A DNA stretch of 64,000 bases from Phycisphaeraceae bacterium (GTDB lineage Bacteria > Planctomycetota > Phycisphaerae > Phycisphaerales > UBA1924). Under the pieces are notes generated by a model. That model saw only the letters and a program-made list of their open reading frames with translations. It had not been told where the DNA came from and searched no databases. Position 1 is the first letter of the stretch; each line of letters starts with the position of its first letter. A program made the translations under genes and the position numbers. The stretch covers positions 7,896 through 71,895 of the forward strand of contig JACKHA010000012.1 of assembly GCA_020639215.1 (NCBI GenBank), read 5' to 3'. Positions 1-8,594 of the stretch are shown piece after piece.

Positions 1-1165
1 GGGCGTTCGGGAACGACGCGCCGAACGCGTCGGGCAGACGCGGCGTGGTGAGCTGCGGGGCGGGCTGGACAACGCCGCCGACCGTTCCGGAGGGCGGCGG
101 GTCCCACGGGAAGATCGGCTCGGGGATCACGCCGAGGACCTCGCTGCCCTCGTGGGTCTGCATGACCTGGGCGCGGATGGAGGCCAGGTCCGTCGTGGCG
201 ATGTCGATCAGGCCCGAGCCGCTCAGGATGAGCGGCGGACGCCGGTACCCGCCCTGGGTGGGGTACTCGGTGCCGTACAGCGCGGGGGCGACGACCCGGT
301 TCTTGCCGCGGAAGAACTCGCCGGAGGCGGGCAGCAACGCGATCTGGAGATCGTCGTCCTCCAGTCGGGCCAGCGCCGACGCCGTCAGCGGGTTGTACCC
401 CCAGATCGGGCCGGTCGGCGGGAACTCGGTTGCGATGGTCGGCGGCTGGACCAGCAGCGTCACCTGGCGCAGGAGGATCCAGTCGCTGGCGAACGCGTTG
501 GGGCCGGGACGCCCCGGCAGCGTCCCCACGCTCGGCTGGCCGAGGCGGCCCGCGAGCTGGTTCGGATTGAGCATCGGCGAGCCGGACTGCGACGTGTTCC
601 GCCAGCCGTAGGGGTCGGTCGGGTCGATGGGCGGCGAGACCGTGCCGTGCCCGTAGTAGATGGCGGCCTCGCCGGACCGGGCCACCAGCAGCGGGTGGAT
701 CGCCTCGCGGGCCGAGGCGAACTCGCCCTGGGCGAAGAACAGGAGCTCGTCGATGCGGCGCGGGCGCTGCCCGGCGGCGGGCTGGCCGCGGAACAGCGGG
801 ACGCGGACCTGGTCGTATCCGCCGTAGCCCACGCCGTCGGCGTCGTTGGTCACCTCGTGGCGGATGACCATGTACCCGTTGCGGGACATCCGCGCGAAGT
901 CCTGGGCCAGCGTGCGCTGGAGCAGACCGGCGTATGAGTTGAAGTACGCGGTGCGCCGCCCCTTCGTGACGGTGTCGCCGGTGGTCTTGAAGAGCTGGGC
1001 CAGGGCAAGCGCGATCAGCACCGAGGCCCCGACCGCCACCAGCAGCTCGAGCAGCGTGAACGCGACGCGGGCGGCGCGACGCGTGACGCCGACACGCGGC
1101 CCGCCACGCCCCGCCTTGCTGGAGGCGTGCGGACGGCTCGTGCTGTGCTTGGCCCTGCGGTTCAT
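1..1165 (-). CDS. prepilin-type N-terminal cleavage/methylation domain protein (giant pseudopilin D); 3' end runs off the window
   Basis: Not in the ORF track because no stop lies in the window. My reverse-complement translation from ATG 1165-1163 gives MNRRAKHSTSRPHASSKAGRGGPRVGVTRRAARVAFTLLELLVAVGASVLIALALAQLF... This is a basic leader, then an FTLLELLVAV N-methylation motif with Glu at +5, then a hydrophobic helix. The frame stays open to position 1 (>388 aa). Confidence 0.75.
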   Translation of the reverse strand, partial: MNRRAKHSTSRPHASSKAGRGGPRVGVTRRAARVAFTLLELLVAVGASVLIALALAQLFKTTGDTVTKGRRTAYFNSYAGLLQRTLAQDFARMSRNGYMVIRHEVTNDADGVGYGGYDQVRVPLFRGQPAAGQRPRRIDELLFFAQGEFASAREAIHPLLVARSGEAAIYYGHGTVSPPIDPTDPYGWRNTSQSGSPMLNPNQLAGRLGQPSVGTLPGRPGPNAFASDWILLRQVTLLVQPPTIATEFPPTGPIWGYNPLTASALARLEDDDLQIALLPASGEFFRGKNRVVAPALYGTEYPTQGGYRRPPLILSGSGLIDIATTDLASIRAQVMQTHEGSEVLGVIPEPIFPWDPPPSGTVGGVVQPAPQLTTPRLPDAFGASFPNA

Positions 1166-1187
1166 GCGTGCGCCCGATCCTGTCTCG

Positions 1188-1268
1188 ACCCTTCGTCGCG
1201 TGCTCGTCTCTCCGTCTCTTCTTCTCTACTTCTCTACTTTTCTACTTCTCTTTTCCTCTGATTCTCCG
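1188..1268 (-). repeat. purine-rich (sense strand) intercistronic spacer with shared 12-mer
   Basis: Lies between TAG of pseudopilin C (1271-1269) and ATG of pseudopilin D. The + strand is pyrimidine-rich (ctctccgtctcttcttctctacttctctacttttctacttctcttttcctctg). It contains ctctccgtctct at 1208-1219, which is also present at 6239-6250 and 9928-9939. Confidence 0.8.
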
Positions 1269-2426
1269 CTACCGTGCCACCCTGAACACCTGCACATCGA
1301 TCGGCACCACCGGGCTGGCCACGAGCGGGCTGATGTCCAGGCTGTTCACAACGTCCAGCGGCACGGGCGGATCGATGATCAGCACCGAGCGGTCGCCCCG
1401 CTCGACGCCCACGACCGTGTAGATGTTGCCCCGCCCGTCGACGATCTTCTGTCCGATCTGCCCGAGCAGGCGGGCCTCCAGTGAACTGGCCTGATAGTCC
1501 AGATCCAGGCGGTTGCGGTCGTCGGCGGTGCCGATGGTCAGCCCGCCGGCGTCGAACTGGTAGTCCTCGAGCACCGCCACGAACGGGATCGCGTACACGC
1601 CGCGCCCGTCGCCCGTCGGCACGCCCTGCTGGCTCACGCCGACCGCGACGCGCGGCTCCTGGGCTCGAAGCTCAGACTTGCCGCCCTGGGCCACGATCTC
1701 GGCCGCCAGGATCACGTCGGACAGGTTCAGCATCCGACCCAGCGCGCCCCAGGCCGCCTGGTCGCGCCGCTCGCGGCGCGGCACCTGGATGGCGCGGTCG
1801 ACCGGGCGGAGGAAGATCGCGATCTCGAGATCGTCGCGGTCGGTCGGGACGAGCCGGCTGCTGGCGTCGCGCTGGGTGAGCACACGCCGGGCGGCGAGCA
1901 CCCAGTCGACCCGCGGGTCGGCCCCGCGGAGGAACGCGCCGGGCGAGAGGCGGGCCGAGAGCGGGATGGCCACGTCGTCGCCGCGCGGATCGTTGTTGGG
2001 CCCGCTGGAGTTCTTCGAGAGGAACACGAGCTCGCCGGAGAACGCGTTGACGCCCATCCGCGAGGCGAAGGTCGGCTCGCCCGATCCGCCGAGATAGCCG
2101 GGCACCTGCCACGTGCCGTCGCCCGACCACCCGCCCGACGGGCTGGCGTCGTCCTGCAGGATGCCCCAGCCCTTGTCCTGGCCCGGCTCGTTGAGATCCA
2201 GGTTCGAGGCCAGCAGCGACTGCACCGAGCCGACCGCGATCTGGCCCTCGGTCGCCTCAACCGCCAGACGCTGCTCGCGCAGCACCACCGGGAAGATCGA
2301 GGCCAGCCCGAGGATCCCCAAAGACAGCACGAACACCGCGATGAGCACCTCGACCAGCGAGAAGCCGGCGCGGCCCGGCGCGCGGCGGCGCGAGGCCGCC
2401 TTGATGGAAGTGGTTGGCGTTGTCAT
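1269..2426 (-). CDS. prepilin-type N-terminal cleavage/methylation domain protein (giant pseudopilin C, 385 aa)
   Basis: ORF 1269..2747 trimmed to the internal ATG at 2426: MTTPTTSIKAASRRRAPGRAGFSLVEVLIAVFVLSLGILGLA (G|FSLVE motif plus helix). The ATG overlaps the upstream stop as ATGA (2423-2426). Confidence 0.8.
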   Translation of the reverse strand: MTTPTTSIKAASRRRAPGRAGFSLVEVLIAVFVLSLGILGLASIFPVVLREQRLAVEATEGQIAVGSVQSLLASNLDLNEPGQDKGWGILQDDASPSGGWSGDGTWQVPGYLGGSGEPTFASRMGVNAFSGELVFLSKNSSGPNNDPRGDDVAIPLSARLSPGAFLRGADPRVDWVLAARRVLTQRDASSRLVPTDRDDLEIAIFLRPVDRAIQVPRRERRDQAAWGALGRMLNLSDVILAAEIVAQGGKSELRAQEPRVAVGVSQQGVPTGDGRGVYAIPFVAVLEDYQFDAGGLTIGTADDRNRLDLDYQASSLEARLLGQIGQKIVDGRGNIYTVVGVERGDRSVLIIDPPVPLDVVNSLDISPLVASPVVPIDVQVFRVAR

Positions 2427-3553
2427 GGCGTGACCTCCACCACCCCGCCGTTGTACCGATCGACCGTGTACATCTGCGCGACCTCGGGGATCGCCGCGTT
2501 GACCGCCTCGGCGAAATCGAACTGGTAGTCCGGGCTGCTCGCGCTGGCCGGCGGCTCGTAGAAGCAACCCGTCGCGCGGTTCACGCCGCGGAAGCCCTGC
2601 GGCGCACCGTTGCTCGCGATCTGGCGGGCCAGCGCGCGGATGTCGTACAGCGCCAGCAGCGACACGGGACGCGTGAGCACCGTGTCCGAGCAGTCGTCGC
2701 CCAGCAGCAGCTCGCGGTTCTGCAGCGGGTACGCCGGCGTGCCCCACGCCTTGCCGAGCTGGCGGCGGATGTACACGCTCTGCTCCACCGAGCCGTCCAG
2801 GCGGAACCGCGGATCGGCCCAGGGATTCCCGCGCTGACGCCAGGGCGACGCGCCCCGACCGATCGCCAGGTCCGGCGCCAGCACCAGCCCGTCGGTCCGA
2901 TCATCGAACGCCACGCCACCCGTCGTGCCATCGAAACGCACCATGAACGACTGGCGGTACCCGCCCTGATTGCCCGGCGTGTCGTCGCGCCCCTGGCCAT
3001 TGCTCGTGCGATAGAACCCGCTCTCGGGGAACACCCAGTTGTCGATGGTCGGGTCGTAGCGACGCTCCCCGCCGCGCTCCTCGTACCACGCGTACGGCTC
3101 GCTCGCCTCGCCGGTCGGGATCGTGATCGTGCCCGCGGGCGCGAACCCGTTGACCATCCAGCCGCGCGGCAGCCCGATCTCCTCGGTCAGCGGGTCGATC
3201 GCCCAGACCGTGCGACCGTTGAACTCGCCGATGCTCAGGGCCGTCGCGATCGACGCCCGACCGCCCGGCTCGAAGAAGAACACCGCCGCCGAATCGTTCA
3301 GCCCGGCCGAGCGGACCGCCGCGTCCCGGGCCGTCGCCATCGCGACCCGGAAGTTGCTGATCGCCAGCGTTTGGTTGGTCGAGCGGAGCATGCCCACGAA
3401 CGCGGGCACCGCCACCGACACCACCAGCGCGATGATCGTGATCACCGCCAGCAGCTCGGTCAGCGTGAACCCGCGCCGGGCCGCGCCAAAGCCGCCGCGC
3501 GCCACCCGCGGCGTCGCCATCGGCATCCCGGATTGGCTCGCTGATCGCCTCAT
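2423..3553 (-). CDS. prepilin-type N-terminal cleavage/methylation domain protein (giant pseudopilin B, 376 aa)
   Basis: ORF 2423..3583 trimmed to ATG 3553, which forms an ATGA overlap with the upstream stop at 3550-3552. N-terminus is MRRSASQSGMPMATPRVARGGFGAARRGFTLTELLAVITIIALVVSVAVPAF. Confidence 0.8.
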   Translation of the reverse strand: MRRSASQSGMPMATPRVARGGFGAARRGFTLTELLAVITIIALVVSVAVPAFVGMLRSTNQTLAISNFRVAMATARDAAVRSAGLNDSAAVFFFEPGGRASIATALSIGEFNGRTVWAIDPLTEEIGLPRGWMVNGFAPAGTITIPTGEASEPYAWYEERGGERRYDPTIDNWVFPESGFYRTSNGQGRDDTPGNQGGYRQSFMVRFDGTTGGVAFDDRTDGLVLAPDLAIGRGASPWRQRGNPWADPRFRLDGSVEQSVYIRRQLGKAWGTPAYPLQNRELLLGDDCSDTVLTRPVSLLALYDIRALARQIASNGAPQGFRGVNRATGCFYEPPASASSPDYQFDFAEAVNAAIPEVAQMYTVDRYNGGVVEVTP

Positions 3554-4695
3554 CGCCCAAGCCTCACCACGTTGTCTTCCCACGCCTCGAACCGCACGAC
3601 CTCCTCGGCCACGCCCGGGCCAACCCGCAGCCGCTCCCGCAGCAGGTCGATCGGCTCGGTCCCGAACACCCCGTTCGGCCCCGCGCTCACGATCGCGTAC
3701 CGCGACGAGCGCAGCTGCTCGGGCACGCGCGGCCCGGGCTCCATGGGGTCGTCCCAGTCGCGCGGGTCACGCAGGACCAGCGGGATGTTGAGGTACGCCA
3801 GCACGCCCGTGGCCGTGCCCTGCACCTCCGACTCGGGGCTGGCTTCCCAGCGGTAATACCGGATGGCGGTGCCCGACACGCTGACGTACGCCACGCGATC
3901 GGGGTCCGCGTCCAACGCCGCGGGCGGCACCACGCCAACGCCGTGCTCGGCGTACTCATCGCTCGAGACGTACGACGACGCGGTTGCCTCGTCGCGGCTC
4001 AGGCCCAGGAACGCCTCGCGGACCGTCGCCTGCCCGCCGATCTGCCACCCGTCGCGGTTCGTGTACGACAGGCGCAGGCCCGGGCCATCAACCCCGTCCA
4101 CGCTCGCGCCCAGCGCCCCGCCCAGGACGATCGGCAGCGCGAACTTGCTGTACCGCGGGTCCTCGATCGGATCGAACAGCGGTGTCGGCTCCGAGTTCGG
4201 CGAGGTCGAGGCCCGCCCACGCAGGAACGTGGACCCGCCGTCCTGGTAGATCCGGTCGAACGTCGCCACGATCGGGTCGGCCGTGCCGCCGGGGCGCTGC
4301 ACCGGCCCCATCGTCACGCCACCGACGATCCGCGGCATCGCTGGGTGGCTGGGCAGGTCGATCGGGGCCCCGTCGTAGACCAGCGGCGGGGCCTGGTTGT
4401 TGAACGTGTTCTGGAACACGCCGATGCCGGTCTGGATCGTCGTGAGCAGCGACTGGTCGTTGGCCCGACGCGTGCTCCGAATCGCGAACTGGACGGCGAC
4501 GATCAGCAACCCCGCCAGCACCGCGATCACGAGGATGGCCACGAGCAGCTCGATGATCGTGAACGCACGCGGAGCGACCGCCGATCGACCGGCCCCACGA
4601 CGCTCCATCCGGTGCCGCCCCATCACGCACTGGCGGGGCCCGCATCGCCGGGTCCGCCCCGGTCCGATCCTGGTTGTCCCCGCTGGTGCGTTCAT
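3550..4695 (-). CDS. prepilin-type N-terminal cleavage/methylation domain protein (giant pseudopilin A, about 381 aa)
   Basis: ORF 3550..4806 trimmed to ATG 4695 (alternative ATGs at 4623 and 4608). Motif ...SAVAPRAFTIIELLVAILVIAVLAGLLIVAVQF with Glu at +5. The start is uncertain. Confidence 0.75.
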   Translation of the reverse strand: MNAPAGTTRIGPGRTRRCGPRQCVMGRHRMERRGAGRSAVAPRAFTIIELLVAILVIAVLAGLLIVAVQFAIRSTRRANDQSLLTTIQTGIGVFQNTFNNQAPPLVYDGAPIDLPSHPAMPRIVGGVTMGPVQRPGGTADPIVATFDRIYQDGGSTFLRGRASTSPNSEPTPLFDPIEDPRYSKFALPIVLGGALGASVDGVDGPGLRLSYTNRDGWQIGGQATVREAFLGLSRDEATASSYVSSDEYAEHGVGVVPPAALDADPDRVAYVSVSGTAIRYYRWEASPESEVQGTATGVLAYLNIPLVLRDPRDWDDPMEPGPRVPEQLRSSRYAIVSAGPNGVFGTEPIDLLRERLRVGPGVAEEVVRFEAWEDNVVRLGR

Positions 4696-4744
4696 CGCCG
4701 TCCCCTTTGCCCGCCCGCGCACGCCTTCTCTCGCCGTGCGCGGG

Positions 4745-4798
4745 CCCGAACTGCTCGCCCTCTTCCCTTCGTCGCTCCGTCGCTCCGTCGCTTCCAGC
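4745..4798 (-). repeat. purine-rich post-stop spacer containing the shared 18-mer
   Basis: + strand ctcgccctcttcccttcgtcgctccgtcgctccgtcgcttcc. The exact 18-mer cttcgtcgctccgtcgct at 4767-4784 lies 14 nt 3' (sense) of the gspF-like stop codon 4799-4801. Confidence 0.85.
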
Positions 4799-6097
4799 TC
4801 AAACATCGCCCGACGACGCGCCGCCCTGCAGGCTCTCGATCATGGCCACCAGCGGCAGGAACATCGCCACCACGATGGTGCCGACCATGCCGCCCAGCAC
4901 GACGACCATCAGCGGCTCGAGCAGCGAGACCAGCGACGCGACCGCGACGTTGACCTCCTCGTCGTAGTTGTCCGCGATCTTCAGGAGCATCGTGTCCATC
5001 TCGCCGGTCTCTTCGCCGACGTCGATCATGTTCACGACGATGGAGTCGCACGTCTTGCTCTCGCGCAACGGGCCCGCGAAGGACTCGCCCTCGCGGATCG
5101 AGTCGTGCACCTTGCCCAGGGCCTTCTCGAAGACCCAGTTGCCCGAGGTCTCCTTGGTGATCGTGATCGCCTCGAGGATCGGCACGCCCGCCGCGATCAG
5201 CGTCCCGAGCGTCCGCGTGAAGCGGGCGATGACCGTCTTCTTCACAAGCGTGCCGAAGATCGGGATCTTGAGCATCATCCAGTCCGTCGCCGCCCGCCCC
5301 GGGCCGGCCTTGCGGATCAGCTTCCACATCGCGAACGCAACGAACGGGAACGCGATCACGAACACGAACCCCGGCACCGCCTGGCCCGGCACCGCCCCGG
5401 CCATCCAGCGGCTGGTGTTCATCAGCCACACCGTCAGGCCCGGGAGCGCCACGCCGAAGTCCGTGAAGATCTCCTCGAACTTCGGGATGATGAAGAGCAT
5501 GATGAACGTGAGGATCGCCACCGCGACGATGATGACCGCCGCCGGATAGACCATCGCGCCGCGGATCTTCCGCTTGAGCTTCTCGCTCTTCTCCATGAAC
5601 TCGGCCAGACGCTGCAGGATCACGTCCAGCACGCCGCCGACCTCGCCCGCCGCCACCATCTTCGTGTACAGCTTGTCGAACGCCTTGGGGTGCTTGGCCA
5701 TCGCCTCGGAAAGCGACGCACCGCCCTCGACCTCCTCGCACACGCCGATGAGCGTGTTCTTCATCACGCCCGGCTTCTGCTGGCTCTCGAGGATCTGCAG
5801 CGACCGCAGCAGCGGCAGGCCCGCGTCCTGGAGCGTCGACAGCTGGCGAGTGAACAGCGTGAGCTGCTTGGCCGAGGCCCGCCCGATGGCGAACCCGCCG
5901 CCCTTCTTCTTCTTGGCCGCCGCGCTCGACGCCGGGTCGATCGCGCCGGTCTTCTTGACCTTCTGCTCGCGGACCTGGGTCGGGTAGAAGCCCTGGGCCT
6001 TGATCCGCTGGATCGCCTCTTCGGACGTCTTGGCGTCCACGGTACCCTTCTGGGGCTTGCCGGAGGCGTTCAGCGCTTCATAGGTAAACGTCGCCAT
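4799..6097 (-). CDS. gspF: type II secretion system F / PilC family inner-membrane platform protein (432 aa)
   Basis: ORF 4799..6196 trimmed to ATG 6097: MATFTYEALNASGKPQKGTVDAKTSEEAIQRIKAQGFYP, a typical GspF/PilC N-terminus. It has two internal repeats and hydrophobic segments (AAVIIVAVAILTFIMLFII, FVFVIAFPFVAFAMW, LMVVVLGGMVGTIVVAMFLPL). Confidence 0.9.
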   Translation of the reverse strand: MATFTYEALNASGKPQKGTVDAKTSEEAIQRIKAQGFYPTQVREQKVKKTGAIDPASSAAAKKKKGGGFAIGRASAKQLTLFTRQLSTLQDAGLPLLRSLQILESQQKPGVMKNTLIGVCEEVEGGASLSEAMAKHPKAFDKLYTKMVAAGEVGGVLDVILQRLAEFMEKSEKLKRKIRGAMVYPAAVIIVAVAILTFIMLFIIPKFEEIFTDFGVALPGLTVWLMNTSRWMAGAVPGQAVPGFVFVIAFPFVAFAMWKLIRKAGPGRAATDWMMLKIPIFGTLVKKTVIARFTRTLGTLIAAGVPILEAITITKETSGNWVFEKALGKVHDSIREGESFAGPLRESKTCDSIVVNMIDVGEETGEMDTMLLKIADNYDEEVNVAVASLVSLLEPLMVVVLGGMVGTIVVAMFLPLVAMIESLQGGASSGDV

Positions 6098-6157
6098 GCG
6101 GGGCACTCCGAGAGGCGTCAGAAATCCTGGGTCGCCGGTCCTTGGTGCTGAGTCGTG

Positions 6158-6197
6158 GTCCTGAGTCCTGAGTCCGTGGTCCTGGAGGTCGGGCAAC
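6158..6197 (-). promoter_or_regulatory. conserved 40-nt 5'-leader box, copy 1 (upstream of gspF-like gene)
   Basis: + strand gtcctgagtcctgagtccgtggtcctggaggtcgggcaac is 39/40 identical to 9816-9855. It ends 60 nt before the gspF-like ATG and contains tandem heptads (sense TCAGGAC). Confidence 0.6.
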
Positions 6198-6218
6198 CGA
6201 TCGCTCAGATCCGTCCGA

Positions 6219-6330
6219 TTGCCTGATGCCCGCCTCTCCTCTCCGTCTCTTTGTCTCTCTGTCTCCGATTACGAAACTCGATTCTCGAATCTCTGGTCTC
6301 TTCGTCTCTTCCCTTCGTCGCTCCGTCGCT
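6219..6330 (-). repeat. purine-rich post-stop spacer with shared 18-mer and 12-mer
   Basis: + strand is pyrimidine-rich (...cgcctctcctctccgtctctttgtctctctgtctcc...ctcttcgtctcttcccttcgtcgctccgtcgct). The 12-mer is at 6239-6250. The 18-mer at 6313-6330 abuts the gspE-like TAG (6329-6331). Confidence 0.85.
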
Positions 6331-8098
6331 ACTCCTCGGCGATCGTCTCCCGGACCACCTCGTCGATGGTCGTGAGCCCGTCGAAGATCGCCAGCAGGCC
6401 GCAGTCGCGCAGCGTCCGCATGCCGCGCCGCTTGGCGTGGTCGCGGATGACCGCGGTCGAGGCCTCCTTCATGACCAGCTCGCGGAGCTCGTCGTCCATC
6501 GACAGGATCTCGAAGATCGCCACGCGCCCCTTGTAGCCGGAGTTGTGGCACGCGTCGCACCCGCGCCCCCGGAAGAACTGCTTGCCCTTGACGTCCTCCA
6601 GGCGGAGCTGGAGCTCCATCAGCTCCTCCTCGGTGGGCGTGTACTGCTCCTTGCACGACTTGCAGATCGTGCGGCACAGGCGCTGGGCCACGATGCCCTC
6701 GATCGTCGCCGTCAGAAGGAACGCCTCCATGCCCAGGTCCACCAGGCGGATGATCGAGCTCGGCGCGTCGTTGGTGTGCAGCGTCGACATCACCAGGTGG
6801 CCCGTCAGCGACGCCTGCACCGCGATCTGCGCGGTCTCCAGGTCGCGGATCTCGCCCACCAGGATCACGTCGGGGTCCTGACGCAGGAACGAACGCAGCA
6901 GCTTCGCGAACGTCGTGCCCACCTCGGAGTTCGTCTGGCACTGGCACAGACCGTCGATGTCGTACTCGACCGGGTCCTCGGCTGTGAGGATCTTGGTCTC
7001 GATGTCGTTAAGCTCCGCCAGGGCCGCGTACAGCGTGGTCGTCTTGCCCGAGCCGGTCGGCCCGGTCACGATCACGATGCCGTTGGGCCGGTTGATCAGG
7101 CTGCGGAACAGGGCCAGGTCGTTCTCGCGGAAGCCGATGCGATCGAGGCTCAACTCGACGTTCGAGCGGTCCAGCACACGCATCACGACGCTCTCGCCGT
7201 GCATCGTCGGCAGCACCGCCACGCGGAGGTCCACCGGGCGCCCGCCCACCGTCAGCTCCACGCGACCGTCCTGCGGCAGACGCCGCTCGGCGATGTCCAG
7301 GTTCGCCATGACCTTCACGCGGCTCGTGATCGCCGGGCCCAGGTGCTTGGGCGGGGGCACCATCTCGTACAGCACCCCGTCGATGCGGTACCGCATCTTG
7401 AACTCGTTCTCGAACGGCTCGAAGTGGATGTCCGAGGCCTTGTCCTTGATCGCCTGCAACAGCACCAGGTTCAGCAGCTTGATCACCTGGTTGTCGCTGG
7501 CCGCCTCCGTCAGCTGGTCCAGGTCGATCGACGCGTCGCTCCGGGCCGACAGACCCGCGAACTTCGAGTCCGACGCCAGCGACGACACCACGTCGGTCAT
7601 CGACTCGGCCTTGGCGAAGTGCTTCTGCAGCAGGCGATCGATCGACGCCTCGTCCGACACCACCGCCTCGACCCGGAAGCCCATCAGCAGACGCAGGTCG
7701 TCCACCGCGCGGAAGTTGTCCGCGCTCTTCATCGCGATCTTCAGACGCTTGCTCGTCGGGTTGAACTCGATCGGCACGATCTGGTACGTCCGGGCGTTCT
7801 CCGCCGGCAGCGCCGACGCCACCGCCTCGGGCAGCTCCTTCACCTCCGACAGGTCTTGGTACGCCATCCCCGCCTGGCCCGCCAGCGCCGCCGCCACGTC
7901 GCCCTGCTGGCAGTACCCCAGCTCGACCAGCAGCTGCCCGAGCGGCACCTTGCGGGTCTGCTGGACCGTCAAGGCCTCGTGGACCTGGTCCCGGGTCACC
8001 TTGCCCATCTTCGTGAGCACGCGCCCGAGCTTGCGCCCCTTCAGCTCCGCCGGGTCGATATTGGGTTGCCCAACAGTCGCCATGCCGCCTCCAGCCAT
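6329..8098 (-). CDS. gspE: GspE/PulE-family secretion ATPase with N-terminal MshEN-type domain (589 aa)
   Basis: Walker A VTGPTGSGKTT. Asp/His boxes (DPDVILVGEIRD, GHLVMSTLHTND). Tetracysteine CRTICKSCK...CDACHNSGYKGR. The N-terminus carries two 24-aa motifs, KLGRVLTKMGKVTRDQVHEALTVQ and PLGQLLVELGYCQQGDVAAALAGQ. Confidence 0.93.
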   Translation of the reverse strand: MAGGGMATVGQPNIDPAELKGRKLGRVLTKMGKVTRDQVHEALTVQQTRKVPLGQLLVELGYCQQGDVAAALAGQAGMAYQDLSEVKELPEAVASALPAENARTYQIVPIEFNPTSKRLKIAMKSADNFRAVDDLRLLMGFRVEAVVSDEASIDRLLQKHFAKAESMTDVVSSLASDSKFAGLSARSDASIDLDQLTEAASDNQVIKLLNLVLLQAIKDKASDIHFEPFENEFKMRYRIDGVLYEMVPPPKHLGPAITSRVKVMANLDIAERRLPQDGRVELTVGGRPVDLRVAVLPTMHGESVVMRVLDRSNVELSLDRIGFRENDLALFRSLINRPNGIVIVTGPTGSGKTTTLYAALAELNDIETKILTAEDPVEYDIDGLCQCQTNSEVGTTFAKLLRSFLRQDPDVILVGEIRDLETAQIAVQASLTGHLVMSTLHTNDAPSSIIRLVDLGMEAFLLTATIEGIVAQRLCRTICKSCKEQYTPTEEELMELQLRLEDVKGKQFFRGRGCDACHNSGYKGRVAIFEILSMDDELRELVMKEASTAVIRDHAKRRGMRTLRDCGLLAIFDGLTTIDEVVRETIAEE

Positions 8099-8535
8099 CG
8101 TGCGGGCCGGCCCCTCGAGACCCCGCCGCCGGAACCGTTCCGCCGCGCCGTTCCACGCGGCACACCGAACCGATCCAAACGACCGAGCCCCGAGACCGGA
8201 CCCATCGGGTCCCCGCTCGGCCTGCCAACCCCGCGATGCCCCGGGCCGTCACCGGGTCGTCGAACGCCCAAAGGGGCCGCCGACCACCCGATCCAGGGCC
8301 GCCGTCGACCCCGCCCGAAGACACCCATCGAGCCCGCAGACCGAACGCTTTCCGGATCACCCCGGACCGCCCGTCCCGCCCGGTCCTACCCCGACCTGCG
8401 CCCCGCCTTCCCGGCCCCGGCCACGCCGAGGTCCAGAAACCCGTTCCGCATGCCGACACCGATCCCGTCGATGGCGAACATCAACCTGTTCGACCATCAT
8501 AGCCGGACTGATCCGCAATCCGAACGTCCGAAACG

Positions 8536-8568
8536 CTCAAAACCATATACGACATCTAGATAGTGTCG
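8536..8568 (-). terminator. AT-rich palindrome plus T-tract just 3' of pilT (weak intrinsic terminator, or promoter element for the gspE-like gene)
   Basis: Sense strand reads CGACACTATCTAGATGTCG followed by TATATGGTTTTGAG, 27 nt after the pilT stop (8595-8597). This is the most AT-rich spot in the locus. The stem is only 5-7 bp, so the call is weak. A GCGACA..TATGGT reading as a -35/-10 pair is an alternative. Confidence 0.3.
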
Positions 8569-8594
8569 CATGAGACACGCCAGAATCCCGTCGC

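Noticed and set aside
8041-8328. 95-aa minus-strand ORF in the gap upstream of the gspE-like gene
   Set aside because: It overlaps the gspE-like start in another frame. It is Gly/Arg/Pro-rich with no motif, and the whole gap shows strand-skewed, non-coding-like composition.
6251-8563. 770-aa + strand ORF (also 6915..8573 and 7008..8459) covering the gspE-like gene
   Set aside because: It is an exact antisense or alternate-frame shadow of a gene with Walker A, Asp/His boxes and a tetracysteine motif. Its translation is Arg/Leu/His/Gln/Pro low-complexity with no motif. This is a typical high-GC artefact.
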